A stretch of DNA of 62,968 bases from Pseudomonadota bacterium (GTDB taxonomy: Bacteria; Myxococcota_A; Bradymonadia; UBA4248), in contig JAFRYG010000047.1 in assembly GCA_017441205.1 (NCBI GenBank), positions 1-62,968 of the forward strand, given 5' to 3'. Shown here in pieces: positions 40,969 to 56,005 of the stretch (within the stretch, counting starts at the first letter, position 1; every line of letters starts with the position of its first letter). The position numbers and the translations under genes are program-made. The notes beneath the pieces are model-generated. The model saw only the letters and a program-made list of their open reading frames with translations, was not told the DNA's origin and did not search any database.

Positions 40969-41448
40969 TTACTGCCTGCGTCTTCTTGATAAAACCGCTC
41001 CCAGTATCAGCAGAATCAAGCCGATCCCCCCGATCAATCCCCCGAAGACAGCCCCAAGCCAAAGCGCGCCATCATCCGTCTGCGCGAGCGTGAATTCCGG
41101 ATTTTCCGGATCGACGTGACGCTTTTCTGAATGCCTTTGTTTTTTGGCAGAAAAGTAACCATAAGTCTCATACACTTTTCCCTTATATTTGTATGTCCCA
41201 TCGAACCGGCACTGTTTTTCCATCGACTCTCTTTTGCCATATTTGGAATAATGGGTCACCTTCCGGTTCATACATTCCGGTGACCGTTCATATCTGACGG
41301 TCACTGTCGGCCAGTTCCGGGATCCGCCTCCCAACTGCTTTATCCCGCTCATGGCGATCAAAAATATCAGACCTCCGATAATGGCAAAGACCAGCCCAAG
41401 CTTCATCAGCTCACCATTTTTTTTGTTCTGACTATATTGCTCCGGCAT
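40969..41448 (-). CDS. DUF3592-like membrane protein
   Basis: TM-SRNWPTV...YKYKGKVY...VDPENP-TM-RRRR. Confidence 0.7.
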   Translation of the reverse strand: MPEQYSQNKKNGELMKLGLVFAIIGGLIFLIAMSGIKQLGGGSRNWPTVTVRYERSPECMNRKVTHYSKYGKRESMEKQCRFDGTYKYKGKVYETYGYFSAKKQRHSEKRHVDPENPEFTLAQTDDGALWLGAVFGGLIGGIGLILLILGAVLSRRRRQ

Positions 41449-41511
41449 CTCATCACCTGATTATAGGTTAGGTGGTACATCGAGTTTTATGTTCGAATTC
41501 CGATGTAACAT

Positions 41512-41985
41512 TTATGCTCTTTTATTCTTTAGAATGCCACCGATCACCAGTATTAATCCCCCAGCCGCAACCAACCAGAAAATCCAATACTTTACCGGTT
41601 CTCGCGAATGCCATGGATACGACGAATTGACCAGGAGAGGACATTTTTTCGCATTCTTATATTCACAGGATTCATCTTCAATAATTACCGAATAGGTTTT
41701 ACCATTATATTCATATTCCGCACGGGATTTGCAGACCCAGCCTCTAAAGTTACCAATATTTCTGCGCCCATGGTAACGATTCAAATCAGCCTTATCATAT
41801 TCAGCTTCAAAATCCACGACCTCACAGGTTGCATCAATCACAGTCCACTCTTTGTACGTTTGACGAGTCCATTCCATGGCAGCAAATGTTCCTGCAATGA
41901 CGAGTATGCCCAGAACGATCAACTTGTAAGAACGACGTTTTTTTCTGTTGTCAGAATTGTCTGCCGAATCAGGAGAAGCTGCCAT
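41512..41985 (-). CDS. DUF3592-like membrane protein (tandem paralog)
   Basis: TM-W..IDAT...YEYNGKTY...VNSSYP-TM. Confidence 0.65.
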   Translation of the reverse strand: MAASPDSADNSDNRKKRRSYKLIVLGILVIAGTFAAMEWTRQTYKEWTVIDATCEVVDFEAEYDKADLNRYHGRRNIGNFRGWVCKSRAEYEYNGKTYSVIIEDESCEYKNAKKCPLLVNSSYPWHSREPVKYWIFWLVAAGGLILVIGGILKNKRA

Positions 41986-42059
41986 GGTATCCTCTTTGTT
42001 TCTGAACCCATTCGGGTTATCGCAGGATCATTGTATATATTTTTTTGTTTTCCCCATAC

Positions 42060-42135
42060 AAAAAAAACGCCGCGTATTGCGAAGCAATAGCGGCGTTCCG
42101 GCGCAGCGTATCGGCCCACGGGCCGATAGCGCGCC
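42060..42135 (+). repeat. bulged-G CGTA/TAG hairpin element (2 hairpins)
   Basis: A-run aacgccg CGTAT tgc-gaa-gca ATAG cggcgtt cc ggcgcag CGTAT cggccc-ac-gggccg ATAG cgcgcc. Confidence 0.88.
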
Positions 42136-42246
42136 ACCATATAAAACCCTTGATTAATTCTTGTTTTCCGGCTTTTCGACGATCATGTCGAGGCAGCTGC
42201 AGGCATGCTCTTGGGAGCCCAGAGCGCATGGTCTGTCAATATCGTC

Positions 42247-42429
42247 CTACGTGCGCTCATGTATTTGACCCGCACATGGAGTGATCTGCTTACATGCTGT
42301 GCATTGAGTTGGCCCGCATTGGTGAACAGAACACATTCTGTCCACCCAGCCGTCGATTAGGGAGGCACACATCACTCGCTGCTCACCACAATGTTCCAGC
42401 GTGTCTTCTTCGCATTTGCCATTGAACAC
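42247..42429 (-). pseudogene. fragment of a Cys-rich repeat surface-protein gene
   Basis: CEEDTLEHCG...C...IDGW...C..HQC...QC; no signal peptide or clear start. Confidence 0.4.
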
Positions 42430-42525
42430 GTGTTTATTCGGTTCGCGTTGTCGATCCGCGCCATTTCCGGGATTTGTGTTATCCTCACTGGGAACCCACT
42501 GTTTTTTGTGTGTATGAAAGCTGAA

Positions 42526-43146
42526 TTATAATTTAAACATCATACGAAATAGTATATTGATATAACCTTGCTGTTTTCCTGCACCATAATTATCAACCAT
42601 TTCATGTGTCTGCAATACGCTCAAATCATAATCGAGATCCAAACCAAGCCCAATCCAGTCATTGACATAAAATGTTGTTCCCAAACCGAATCGCATACCG
42701 AAATCGACATTCCTATGGCTCGTCGGAAAAATAACACCTGCACCAACTTTTGCATATAGATCAAACCTATCACTTGAATATGCATAAAATTTAGGAGCAA
42801 TAAATGCAGACATACCAAGAAATTCAGGATCAGGCTCACCTCTATTGCTCGTATCGCAATCACACTGAAGCAAGATTATTCGGAAGGAAGCTTCAAAATT
42901 CAGTAATGACAACCACTTATTCATTCTATGACCAAAACCCACATTTAAATTAAGGCCACTAAATTCATTTGTTTTCTTATGCTCACCTCCTATCGATTCA
43001 CCAACATATCCTACTCCTACATCCAATTCCCAGTCTTCTGCATACGCTTTCTGTGAAGTACCACAAACAATACTGCCTGTCAGAAACATGAAGATTATCA
43101 TGGTTAATACTTTTGTTAATATACAATCACAGAGTGCGTTTTTCAT
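42526..43146 (-). CDS. small outer-membrane beta-barrel (OmpA-like TM domain), AT-rich
   Basis: ATG 43146 with AAGGA; LYAKVGAG, FGMRFGLGTTFYVNDWIGLGLDLDY; C-terminal FKL. Confidence 0.7.
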   Translation of the reverse strand: MKNALCDCILTKVLTMIIFMFLTGSIVCGTSQKAYAEDWELDVGVGYVGESIGGEHKKTNEFSGLNLNVGFGHRMNKWLSLLNFEASFRIILLQCDCDTSNRGEPDPEFLGMSAFIAPKFYAYSSDRFDLYAKVGAGVIFPTSHRNVDFGMRFGLGTTFYVNDWIGLGLDLDYDLSVLQTHEMVDNYGAGKQQGYINILFRMMFKL

Positions 43147-43753
43147 AGTACATTCCTTTATAAAAACCAGTGAATACTCATCGCTGCCGCAGCGAAGTAC
43201 CCATGACATAAATCGAGAGGCTTTGTGGTGCCAAACAATTGGCAGGAACGTATTAGAGCATAGACTGTGCCAAAAGAAATCACCTCTTCTTTTTTTATCT
43301 ATACATCAATAATAACGATGAATTCTTTACCAATATTCCTGCGATTATCGCCATGAGCATGATTTTTATGGTTAAAGCATGCGTCAAAGGAACAAGCTAT
43401 CGCACTTAAATCTTCAAGTTTTTCTGTTTTATCCCTTTAGGGTGACTCTATTAGTGGATTATCGTTTTCCCAGGGGTTTCGCCAACTTTGAGCTCATCCC
43501 TCTATTACGGCGTAAGTCGTGACAGCTTCGGCTTCTTCACAAAATGTGAGAAGGTACTTTTAAAATTGACGCATTGCGCCGTGATTTGGGCTGGAATACT
43601 ATCGTTTATTAAGGGCGATAAACATCGATAAATGTGGAAGTATTTTTATCCATTTGTCATTATTTTGGACAATGGTAGTTTTTTATCCATTTATTTTTAT
43701 ATTGGATAATAGATCCGATCCCCCATCCCCCTTCCCCAAGGGGCAGGTGGCTT

Positions 43754-43788
43754 AAACAAAACGGGCGACCCATATAGGGTCGCCCGTT
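43754..43788 (-). terminator. rpoC intrinsic terminator
   Basis: aacgggcgaccc-tatat-gggtcgcccgtt followed by ttgttt on the minus strand, ~20 nt after the stop. Confidence 0.85.
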
Positions 43789-43808
43789 GAATCATCAAAA
43801 CCTAAAGG

Positions 43809-47924
<4,116 letters not shown>

Positions 47925-48016
47925 AGCTTTACCTCTTGATTAAGGCAGGGAGTTTACCGGATTTTCCGGCGCTTCCCGAGTCGACTGAATGAGATTCAAC
48001 AATATTTCATAAATCC

Positions 48017-48092
48017 CCTCATCTCCCCCGAATATTCCACTGTCTCAGGACAGCTTCGCACTCGCCGAAGGCGAGGACATGGGGAAATGAGG
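48017..48092 (-). promoter_or_regulatory. branched stem-loop in the rpoB-rpoC spacer
   Basis: cctcatttcccc/ggggagatgagg outer helix (one G-U on the mRNA strand) enclosing ctcgcc-ttc-ggcgag and ctgtc-ctga-gacag. Confidence 0.5.
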
Positions 48093-48109
48093 TCGTGGGT
48101 GAGGAACAA

Positions 48110-51100
48110 TTAACGCGGTGCTTCTTCGAGAAGTTCGATGTCGAGGCAGAGAGACTGGAGCTCTTTGATGAGAACGTTGAACGACTCTGGGAGACCGGCT
48201 TCGAGCGCGAAGTCACCTTTGACGATGGACTCATACATACGCGTACGACCGAGGACGTCGTCGGATTTGACCGTGAGGAATTCCTGCAATGAGTAGGCAG
48301 CACCATAGGCCATCATTGCCCAGACTTCCATTTCGCCGAGACGCTGACCACCGAACTGCGTCTTACCACCGAGCGGCTGCTGCGTAACGAGGCTGTAGGG
48401 ACCAATCGAACGGGCGTGAATCTTTTCATCGACCAGGTGATGGAGTTTAAGCATGTACATGACGCCGACGGTCACGTCGTTGGCGAACGGATCGCCCGTG
48501 CGGCCATCGAACAGCGTCGATTTGGCGCTCAAATCGAGTCCTGCATTTTCGAGCAAATCGTGGATATCGGTTTCCTTGGCGCCATCGAATACCGGCGTCG
48601 CAACGTGAATACCGCGATTGCATTTCTTCGCGAACTCAATGACATCATCTTCGCTCAGGCTGTCGAGGAATTCGACCGTCTCGGGCTGCGGATAGGCTTT
48701 CTTAAGTTCTGCACGAAGCTTCTTGCACTGATCTTCGCGGGCAACCTGAAGCAGTGCATTGATCTTCTGGCCCATGCCGCGGGCGCCCCACCCCAGATGA
48801 ATTTCGAGGATCTGACCGATGTTCATACGGCTCGGTACGCCGAGCGGATTGAGCACGAAGTCGACCGGGGTACCATCTTCGAGGTAAGGCATATCCTCGA
48901 TCGGCAGAACATTACTGACGACGCCCTTGTTTCCGTGGCGGCCGGCCATCTTGTCACCGACCTGGATCTTGCGCTTAATCGCAACGCTGACCTTGACGAT
49001 CTTGATGACGCCGGGAGGAAGCTCATCGCCTTTTTCGAGCTTGGCGATTTTGTCATCGTAGTAAGCGCGTGCTTCTTCGCACTGCTGTTCCACGAGTTCC
49101 ATGATCTTGTCGATCTTTTCGGCAAGCGTGGCATCCTTAACCTGAATATTCGTCCACAGATGACGATCGATACCATCCATGATCTCATCGGTCAGAACGG
49201 TGCCCTTCGCAATCAGGGTATTTTTCTCTTCGTCGATGAGTTTTGCAGTCGTCGTCTGACCGACCAGGAATTCACGAATGCGCTGATAGCCGCCGTCGCG
49301 GATGATCTTGAGCTGAACATCCAGGGCCTTGGTCAGGCGTTCTTCTTCGACGCGATCGATTTCGCGCGAACGCTCATCGCTGTCTTCTTTCTTGCGGCTG
49401 AAGACCTTGGCATCGATGACGGTACCGACGAGCCCGGGCGGAACGCGCTGCGAGCTGTCGCGAACGTCGCCGGCCTTTTCACCGAAAATCGCGCGCAGAA
49501 GCTTTTCTTCCGGCGAAAGCTGCGTCTCGCCTTTCGGCGTGACCTTGCCGACCAGAATGTCGCCCGGCTTGATTTCCGCACCCACGCGAATGATACCGGA
49601 TTCATCCAGATCCTTGAGGGCTTCTTCACCGACGTTCGGAATGTCGCGCGTAATCTCTTCCTTGCCGAGCTTGGTATCGCGGGCAATGCACTCGAATTCC
49701 TCAATATGAATGGACGTGTACACGTCCTTGATGACCATTCTTTCGCTCAGCAGAATGGCGTCTTCGTAGTTGTAGCCGCACCACGGAACGAATGCGACGA
49801 CCACGTTCTTGCCGAGGGCAAGTTCACCGCAATCCGTCGAAGGACCATCGGCAATCACATCGCCGACGTTGACATGATCACCGACATTGACCGCAGGAAT
49901 CTGATTGAAGCAGGTGCCCTGGTTGGAACGGCGGTATTTGTAAAGATTATAGATATCGGGTTTGACGTTCAAACCGTTTTCATCGCGATCCGCACGAACG
50001 ACGATGCGCGACGCATCGACGCGTTCGACCGTACCGGCATGTTTCGCAAGGACGGCCACGCCGCTGTCGCGGGCAACCAGACGTTCCATGCCCGTTCCGA
50101 CCCACGGAGCTTCCGCAACCAAAAGGGGAACTGCCTGACGCTGCATGTTCGCGCCCATGAGGGCACGGTTGGCGTCGTCGTTTTCGAGGAAGGGAACGAG
50201 AGCCGCAGCAACCGAAACCATCTGGTTCGGGCTGACATCGATGTAATCGATATCTTCGGTGCGAACGACCGTCAGTTCGCCGTTCTGATGGCATTCGATC
50301 GTATCGCCGACGAGGCAGTTGTTCTCATCGATCGCAACGTTTGCCGGGCTGATATTGTGATCGTCTTCATCGAGTGCACTCAGGAAATCGACTTCATCGA
50401 GGATCTTGCGGTTCTCGACGCGGCGATACGGTGTCTCGATAAAGCCGTACTCATTGACGCGTGCAAACGTCGAAAGGGATGCGATCAGACCGATGTTCGG
50501 TCCTTCAGGCGTCTCGATCGGGCAGATTCGGCCATAGTGCGTGGGGTGAACGTCGCGGACTTCAAAGCCTGCGCGCTCACGCGTCAAACCGCCGGGGCCC
50601 AGTGCCGAAAGACGACGTTTATGCGTCAGCTCGCTGAGCGGGTTGGTCTGATCCATAAACTGCGACAACTGGCTCGAACCGAAATATTCACGGACGACAG
50701 CAACTACCGGCTTCGCATTGATGAGATCGTGCGGACGAACAACATCCGTCGCCTGATTCATCGTCATGCGTTCCTTGATCGCACGTTCCATGCGGGCAAG
50801 ACCATTGCGGTACTGATTCTCAAGGAGCTCGCCGACGGCGCGGACACGACGATTGCCCAAATGGTCGATATCGTCTGCCATTCCCTTGCCCTGGGCGAGG
50901 TCAATCAGATAACGCACGGTTTCGATGATGTCTTCTTTGGTCAGAACCGTCGTTTCAGTATTCAGTTTGAACTTGTGATTGAGCTTCAGACGGCCGACCT
51001 TCGACAGATCATAGCGTTCCGGATCAAAGAACAAACCATGGAAAAGCGCATCCGCCATTTCCTGAGTGGGAGGATCGCCGGGACGCGTGCGGGCATAAAT

Positions 51101-52222
51101 CTCAAGACGGGCATTTTCCGGGCTCGAGCATTTGTCCACTGCAAGCGTACGGCTCAACTGACGACCGACATTCAGGCCATCGTTGTCAAAATAGAGAACA
51201 TTGATTTCGTTGATGCCGCAGGCACCCAGTCTCTCGAGAATTTCCGGCGTGATCTGCTGGTTGCATTCCAGAATGACTTCGCCGGTCTCTTCATTATAGT
51301 AGTCCTCGGCTGCCACGCGGTCACACAGGGATTCCATGCTCATCGGAACATGCGTAATGCCTGCTGCGATCATCTTGCGGATCGAACCCGCATTGTATTT
51401 GCGCTTTTCGCGAACGATCACTTCGCCCGTCGTCGGATCGACAATATCAAAATCCGCACGCTGGTTCAGGAGATACTTGCGTTCGAGCGGACGATAGATA
51501 CCTGTTGCATCGACAGAAATCGTCTCGATATCGTAGTACATCTTGAGCAATTCTTCGGTGGAATAGCCAAGTGCACGAAGCAGAATCGTCGCATACATCT
51601 TGCGGCGGCGATCGATGCGAACACAGAGCATTTCTTTCGTGTCGAATTCAAAATCGACCCACGAACCACGGTAGGGAATGATTCGCGCCGAAAAACTCAG
51701 TTTTCCGGATGCCGAACTCGTACCGCCGTCATTGTCGAAAAATGCACCGGGACTGCGGTGCAGCTGGCTGACGACGACGCGCTCCGTGCCATTGATGATA
51801 AAGGTCCCTTCCGGCGTCATCAAAGGAATGGCGCCAAAATAAACCTGCTGCTCCTGAATGTCATGGATGCTGCGATTGCCGGCCTCATCCTTGTCAAACA
51901 CCGTCAGCCGAACATCGACCTTAACAGGTGCTTCATACGTCATCCCGCGGGAATGACATTCTTCAACATCATATTTCGACTCTTCAAGCGCATAACTCAC
52001 AAAATCCAGTTCGCTCGTCTCGTTGAAGTCGCGAATCGGGAAAATACTCCTGAACACGCCCTGAAGGCCTGTTTCCGTACGTTTCTCGGGCGGAACATCA
52101 GCCTGAAGGAACGCATCATAAGAGCGCCGCTGAATGTCGATCAAATTTGGCACATCCACAATGCATTTGCTCGTTGCATAGCTGCGGCGTGCCCTGAAGT
52201 TCGACTGAATCACAGATGCCAT
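48110..52222 (-). CDS. rpoB: RNA polymerase beta subunit
   Basis: [53 protein letters not shown]. Confidence 0.99.
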   Translation of the reverse strand: MASVIQSNFRARRSYATSKCIVDVPNLIDIQRRSYDAFLQADVPPEKRTETGLQGVFRSIFPIRDFNETSELDFVSYALEESKYDVEECHSRGMTYEAPVKVDVRLTVFDKDEAGNRSIHDIQEQQVYFGAIPLMTPEGTFIINGTERVVVSQLHRSPGAFFDNDGGTSSASGKLSFSARIIPYRGSWVDFEFDTKEMLCVRIDRRRKMYATILLRALGYSTEELLKMYYDIETISVDATGIYRPLERKYLLNQRADFDIVDPTTGEVIVREKRKYNAGSIRKMIAAGITHVPMSMESLCDRVAAEDYYNEETGEVILECNQQITPEILERLGACGINEINVLYFDNDGLNVGRQLSRTLAVDKCSSPENARLEIYARTRPGDPPTQEMADALFHGLFFDPERYDLSKVGRLKLNHKFKLNTETTVLTKEDIIETVRYLIDLAQGKGMADDIDHLGNRRVRAVGELLENQYRNGLARMERAIKERMTMNQATDVVRPHDLINAKPVVAVVREYFGSSQLSQFMDQTNPLSELTHKRRLSALGPGGLTRERAGFEVRDVHPTHYGRICPIETPEGPNIGLIASLSTFARVNEYGFIETPYRRVENRKILDEVDFLSALDEDDHNISPANVAIDENNCLVGDTIECHQNGELTVVRTEDIDYIDVSPNQMVSVAAALVPFLENDDANRALMGANMQRQAVPLLVAEAPWVGTGMERLVARDSGVAVLAKHAGTVERVDASRIVVRADRDENGLNVKPDIYNLYKYRRSNQGTCFNQIPAVNVGDHVNVGDVIADGPSTDCGELALGKNVVVAFVPWCGYNYEDAILLSERMVIKDVYTSIHIEEFECIARDTKLGKEEITRDIPNVGEEALKDLDESGIIRVGAEIKPGDILVGKVTPKGETQLSPEEKLLRAIFGEKAGDVRDSSQRVPPGLVGTVIDAKVFSRKKEDSDERSREIDRVEEERLTKALDVQLKIIRDGGYQRIREFLVGQTTTAKLIDEEKNTLIAKGTVLTDEIMDGIDRHLWTNIQVKDATLAEKIDKIMELVEQQCEEARAYYDDKIAKLEKGDELPPGVIKIVKVSVAIKRKIQVGDKMAGRHGNKGVVSNVLPIEDMPYLEDGTPVDFVLNPLGVPSRMNIGQILEIHLGWGARGMGQKINALLQVAREDQCKKLRAELKKAYPQPETVEFLDSLSEDDVIEFAKKCNRGIHVATPVFDGAKETDIHDLLENAGLDLSAKSTLFDGRTGDPFANDVTVGVMYMLKLHHLVDEKIHARSIGPYSLVTQQPLGGKTQFGGQRLGEMEVWAMMAYGAAYSLQEFLTVKSDDVLGRTRMYESIVKGDFALEAGLPESFNVLIKELQSLCLDIELLEEAPR

Positions 52223-52566
52223 TTCATCTCCTCGAGTACAGGTCAGTAAAAATACGAATACTCTTGTATTAACGTGCTTTTGCGCGTGGTGCGCAGAATC
52301 CCGATGCGTTCAAGTCATATATGGTAAAGAATCGATTCGGGGTGAATTGTTTCATGCGCACAGACTCCATAAACGAATGCTGCCTCCATGCAGCTTCGCA
52401 AAACATACCCGCGCATTTTTTACGCAGGCTAAAGCCGAAAGAGGCTACACCTACACATCACACATTGTCAACCACATTTATCGTTTTTTTGATGCAGATT
52501 TTTTTCGTTTTCGCAACAAAAAAAATTAATTTTTTTAAATATTTTTTTAATTTTTTTATTTTTTTG

Positions 52567-52641
52567 CGGCCAGGCTAGTGCCGCCGGCACTACGCCCCGG
52601 CCGCCGTGCTATGGCGATGCCATACGCACGGCACTTTTTTT
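52567..52641 (-). repeat. bulged-G CGTA/TAG hairpin element (2 hairpins)
   Basis: Minus strand: A-run gtgccgtg CGTAT ggc-atc-gcc ATAG cacggc ggccgggg CGTAG tgcc-ggc-ggca CTAG cctggcc. Confidence 0.85.
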
Positions 52642-52811
52642 GGTGGGAATTCTCAGCCCACACTTCTCTGATGAAAAAATTCACTTACAGGCGTTCCGCA
52701 GAACATCTCCCCAATTACTTTCCATAACCGAATACTTCATTCTATAATCCAACCCGTGTTGCCCTCCCCGACGCACGAAGGCATGGAATCCCCATATTCA
52801 CCGGAGTTCTT

Positions 52812-54578
52812 ATGAAATACGCAAATAAATCCCTTCTTATCCTCGCAATGGCAGGAATCATGTGCCTGACCGGATGCAAAAAAATAGCGGAAAGTCTCGA
52901 AGAAAAAGCCCCTCAGCTTTCACAGGCCCTCTCCGGAAAAAGCTGGGACAAATCCGAGGTCAACTCCCTGCTCACCTACGTTCCCGCCGATACGGCAGCA
53001 ATCTTCGCCACGACCAGACAGTTCGACTTCGACAATCCAACCATCAAAATGGTACTGTCAAAAGGATTGAAAAACTTCGACGCCACCCTTGATGAAGCCA
53101 AAAATCACCTCAAACAGCTGCCGCCCGACAGCAAGGATATGCCAAAATTAAAGGAGCTCATCGACACGCTCGAAGAAACCTATCGCCCCATGCTGGCTGA
53201 TTTTTCCAATGAATCCGTCAAGTGGGGATTCGATCCCAAACACATGGATTCCATCATCTATCTAAATGATACGACGCTTGTCGCCAAAGTCACCGTCGCT
53301 GACGGCAATAAACTCAAAGCCAAACTGACGGAATCCCTGAACGCCGTAAATCATCTGTTCGGAGCCCTGGCCAATAATAATGCCCCAAAGGTCGAACTCA
53401 AGGAAATCAAAGCCGGCGGCGAAACCTGGTCGGTTTACTCCACCGCCGCAGCCCTCGAAAAAGCTGCCGGCGAATGCATCGCATGCGAAAATGGAAAAAC
53501 CACGCTCCCGTCCGATATCGCCATTCATTTCGGAAAAGAAATCGTCACCATGGCTTTCGTTGTCCATGACGATACGGCCACGCTCGAAAAACTCCTCAAA
53601 CCGGCCGCAAATCCGCTCAATAAAAAGGATCTCGGAACAATATCGGATACGACGGCCTATATCGGTTACGTCAACAACGTCGCATTGTACAACCAGATTA
53701 CTCGCGGAAATGGCCTGAAATTTATCCAGGCCATGGGTTTGGAAACATCTCCGGAATGTATTGCCGAAATCGGTCAGATGGTTTCTGTCTTCCCCAAATT
53801 CAAGCATGAATCGCAGATCACGCCTTCCAATCACATTGTGTCCAGCAATACACTCATGATGAACGACAAGGAGGAGCTCAAAAAAATCAACGAACTCCAC
53901 ACTCAGGGCATGGATTTGATCAAAGACGGAACACTCGCCGGGCTCGGGCTGAATCTGAACATTCCCAAATTCATCGCCTATCTCCAGGAGATCGGCGATA
54001 AACTAAAGGCAAAATCATACAAATGCGAAGCCATCCGCGAGATTCCTTCGGCGATTGGCATGATGGCAGTATTTATGCTCAATCCCGAAATCAGCAAATA
54101 CACTTCGGCAATCACCGGTATCTCTGCCGCACTGACAAAACTCGATATCACCGGCGCAGAGCCTCAGATCGAAGCCGCCGTCCATCTGACGGGTCCCCAA
54201 ATTGCGGCTGCCATACAGGACGATAGCCTGCCGTTAAAACTCCTCATGGTTTCACCGTATGCCGCCAAAGCCGTTAAGAGCATCAAGAAAGGCGAAGTCT
54301 CTGAGATCGACCTCTCACCCACGCTCAATATGCCGCTCAAACTCAGTACCTATCTCAGCGATACAGACCTCGTTCTGGGAACTTCCAGCTTCGATGTTCA
54401 ATCGATTGCCAATCAATCCAAAGTTCAATCCGGGGATTTCCTGAGAATTGCCGTGGATACGAGCATCCTGGCCCTTGCAGGTCTGAATCTTCCGGTTAAT
54501 TTCACTCAGGAACTCATTGATACACACTTCGGCTCAAACGACGAAGGCTTCTTTTTTACTGCCGTTCTCAAACAATAG
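52812..54578 (+). CDS. lipoprotein of unknown function
   Basis: Lipobox LTGC; LLTYVPADT motif; RBS GGAG. Confidence 0.8.
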   Translation: MKYANKSLLILAMAGIMCLTGCKKIAESLEEKAPQLSQALSGKSWDKSEVNSLLTYVPADTAAIFATTRQFDFDNPTIKMVLSKGLKNFDATLDEAKNHLKQLPPDSKDMPKLKELIDTLEETYRPMLADFSNESVKWGFDPKHMDSIIYLNDTTLVAKVTVADGNKLKAKLTESLNAVNHLFGALANNNAPKVELKEIKAGGETWSVYSTAAALEKAAGECIACENGKTTLPSDIAIHFGKEIVTMAFVVHDDTATLEKLLKPAANPLNKKDLGTISDTTAYIGYVNNVALYNQITRGNGLKFIQAMGLETSPECIAEIGQMVSVFPKFKHESQITPSNHIVSSNTLMMNDKEELKKINELHTQGMDLIKDGTLAGLGLNLNIPKFIAYLQEIGDKLKAKSYKCEAIREIPSAIGMMAVFMLNPEISKYTSAITGISAALTKLDITGAEPQIEAAVHLTGPQIAAAIQDDSLPLKLLMVSPYAAKAVKSIKKGEVSEIDLSPTLNMPLKLSTYLSDTDLVLGTSSFDVQSIANQSKVQSGDFLRIAVDTSILALAGLNLPVNFTQELIDTHFGSNDEGFFFTAVLKQ

Positions 54579-54675
54579 CCTCGCCTCTGCAGCGCTCCAA
54601 CGGGCGCTGCATAAATAGCAGTGTGTGAGCGAAGCGCATCCCACGGTATCAGTGTTCCCCGATGCGCATTACGAA

Positions 54676-55023
54676 TTACGACGCGGGCTTGACATCAAAA
54701 GGAAGTGCAGCCCTGACTGCATCATCGCTGCCGCAGGTACCAGTTGATATTTCCAGATAAACCCGCTGACACTGAGAAACCGCGTCGATATAGAGCGCAC
54801 GTTCGGACTCTTCCGGCACCTGTTTCCCTATGGAGTCAATAATACCATTATATTTTTTGGTCAAAGGCGCCAGTGCCTCGGCCATCGCCGGGCAATCATC
54901 CGTCATTTCAGATACTTTTGTCAGATCCCGGCTAATCTGCTCCAATTGCTCTCGTTCATTCTGACATCCGGAAATACAGACAAACGTGCCAACAGTTAAT
55001 AAAACCAGAATTATCCGATTCAT
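54676..55023 (-). CDS. small helical Cys-containing lipoprotein
   Basis: Lipobox ISGC; RBS GAGGT. Confidence 0.75.
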   Translation of the reverse strand: MNRIILVLLTVGTFVCISGCQNEREQLEQISRDLTKVSEMTDDCPAMAEALAPLTKKYNGIIDSIGKQVPEESERALYIDAVSQCQRVYLEISTGTCGSDDAVRAALPFDVKPAS

Positions 55024-55093
55024 TGTTTACCTCGTGACATATACAGATTCATTACGGATATTTATGGATGAAATTGAGCATGAGGTCAAGACC

Positions 55094-55183
55094 AAAAGCA
55101 AGCCGCGCGTATCCCATAGCGCGGCCAGGCGAGCCGTAGTGGCATCTCCGTGACATTCGGTCACGGGGATGTCACAAGGCGAG
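55094..55183 (+). repeat. bulged-G CGTA/TAG hairpin element (2 hairpins)
   Basis: aaaagcaa gccgcg CGTAT ccc ATAG cgcggc cag gcgagc CGTA gtggcatctccgtgac..gtcacggggatgtcac AAG gcgag. Confidence 0.82.
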
Positions 55184-55260
55184 AAAAAATGTTGTCTTTT
55201 CATAAAACGCGTTATAGAGGCTGTTTGCGCAACCGTGCATATTTTATGGGAGATGCAGTT

Positions 55261-55986
55261 ATGTCGCATACCTATTCGCGCCTGAATGAACGTCTTTGGA
55301 ATGAAATCCGTCCTGTCGAAATCACCCCCGACTTTATTACCTCCGCACCGGGATCCTGTCTGATTGCATGCGGTCAGACGCGCGTCATCTGTACGGCAAG
55401 TGTCGAAGACAAAGTACCGCCGTTCCTCGAAAATGCAGGCCTTGGCTGGCTGACGGCAGAATACAGCATGCTCCCGGCTTCTGCCTCAGGACGAATGACG
55501 CGCGAAAAAGTTGCAGGCAGCGGACGGACGTACGAAATCCAGCGCCTGATCGGACGCAGCCTGCGCGCTGCAATCGATAGAAAATTGCTCGGTCTGCGCA
55601 CCATCACCATCGACTGCGATGTCATCCAGGCCGACGGCGGAACGAGAACCGCCTCTGTTACCGGAGGGTACGTCGCACTTGCACTCGCCATAAAAAAATT
55701 GATGGCAAACGGCGTTCTGAAAGAGAATCCCATCATACATCAGGTCTCGGCCATCAGCCTGGGAATCGTCGCCGGCGAACTCCTGCTCGACCTCAATTTT
55801 GTCGAGGATTCTTCAGCCGATATCGACGCCAATCTCGTCGCCACTCCGGATGGAAACATCATCGAATGGCAGACGACGGCAGAACGAAACCTTCTGCCCA
55901 TGGCTCAATTGTCCGAAATGGTCGAACTTGGCATGTCCGGCATCCGCATGCTATCTGAGCTTCAAAAAAAGGCCATCGGCGAATAA
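55261..55986 (+). CDS. rph: ribonuclease PH
   Basis: GWLTAEYSMLP, GRTYEIQRLIGRSLRAA, DCDVIQADGGTRTASVTG; ATG 55261 with GGAG. Confidence 0.95.
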   Translation: MSHTYSRLNERLWNEIRPVEITPDFITSAPGSCLIACGQTRVICTASVEDKVPPFLENAGLGWLTAEYSMLPASASGRMTREKVAGSGRTYEIQRLIGRSLRAAIDRKLLGLRTITIDCDVIQADGGTRTASVTGGYVALALAIKKLMANGVLKENPIIHQVSAISLGIVAGELLLDLNFVEDSSADIDANLVATPDGNIIEWQTTAERNLLPMAQLSEMVELGMSGIRMLSELQKKAIGE

Positions 55987-56005
55987 CCACCATGATGCGA
56001 TTCTG

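Noticed and set aside
43430-43750. Possible degenerate palindromic repeat or IS remnant in the AT-rich spacer
   Set aside because: Pairings are weak and no second copy or transposase fragment could be supported.
54652-54667. gtgttccccg resembling the start of a type I-E CRISPR repeat
   Set aside because: Single occurrence, no array.
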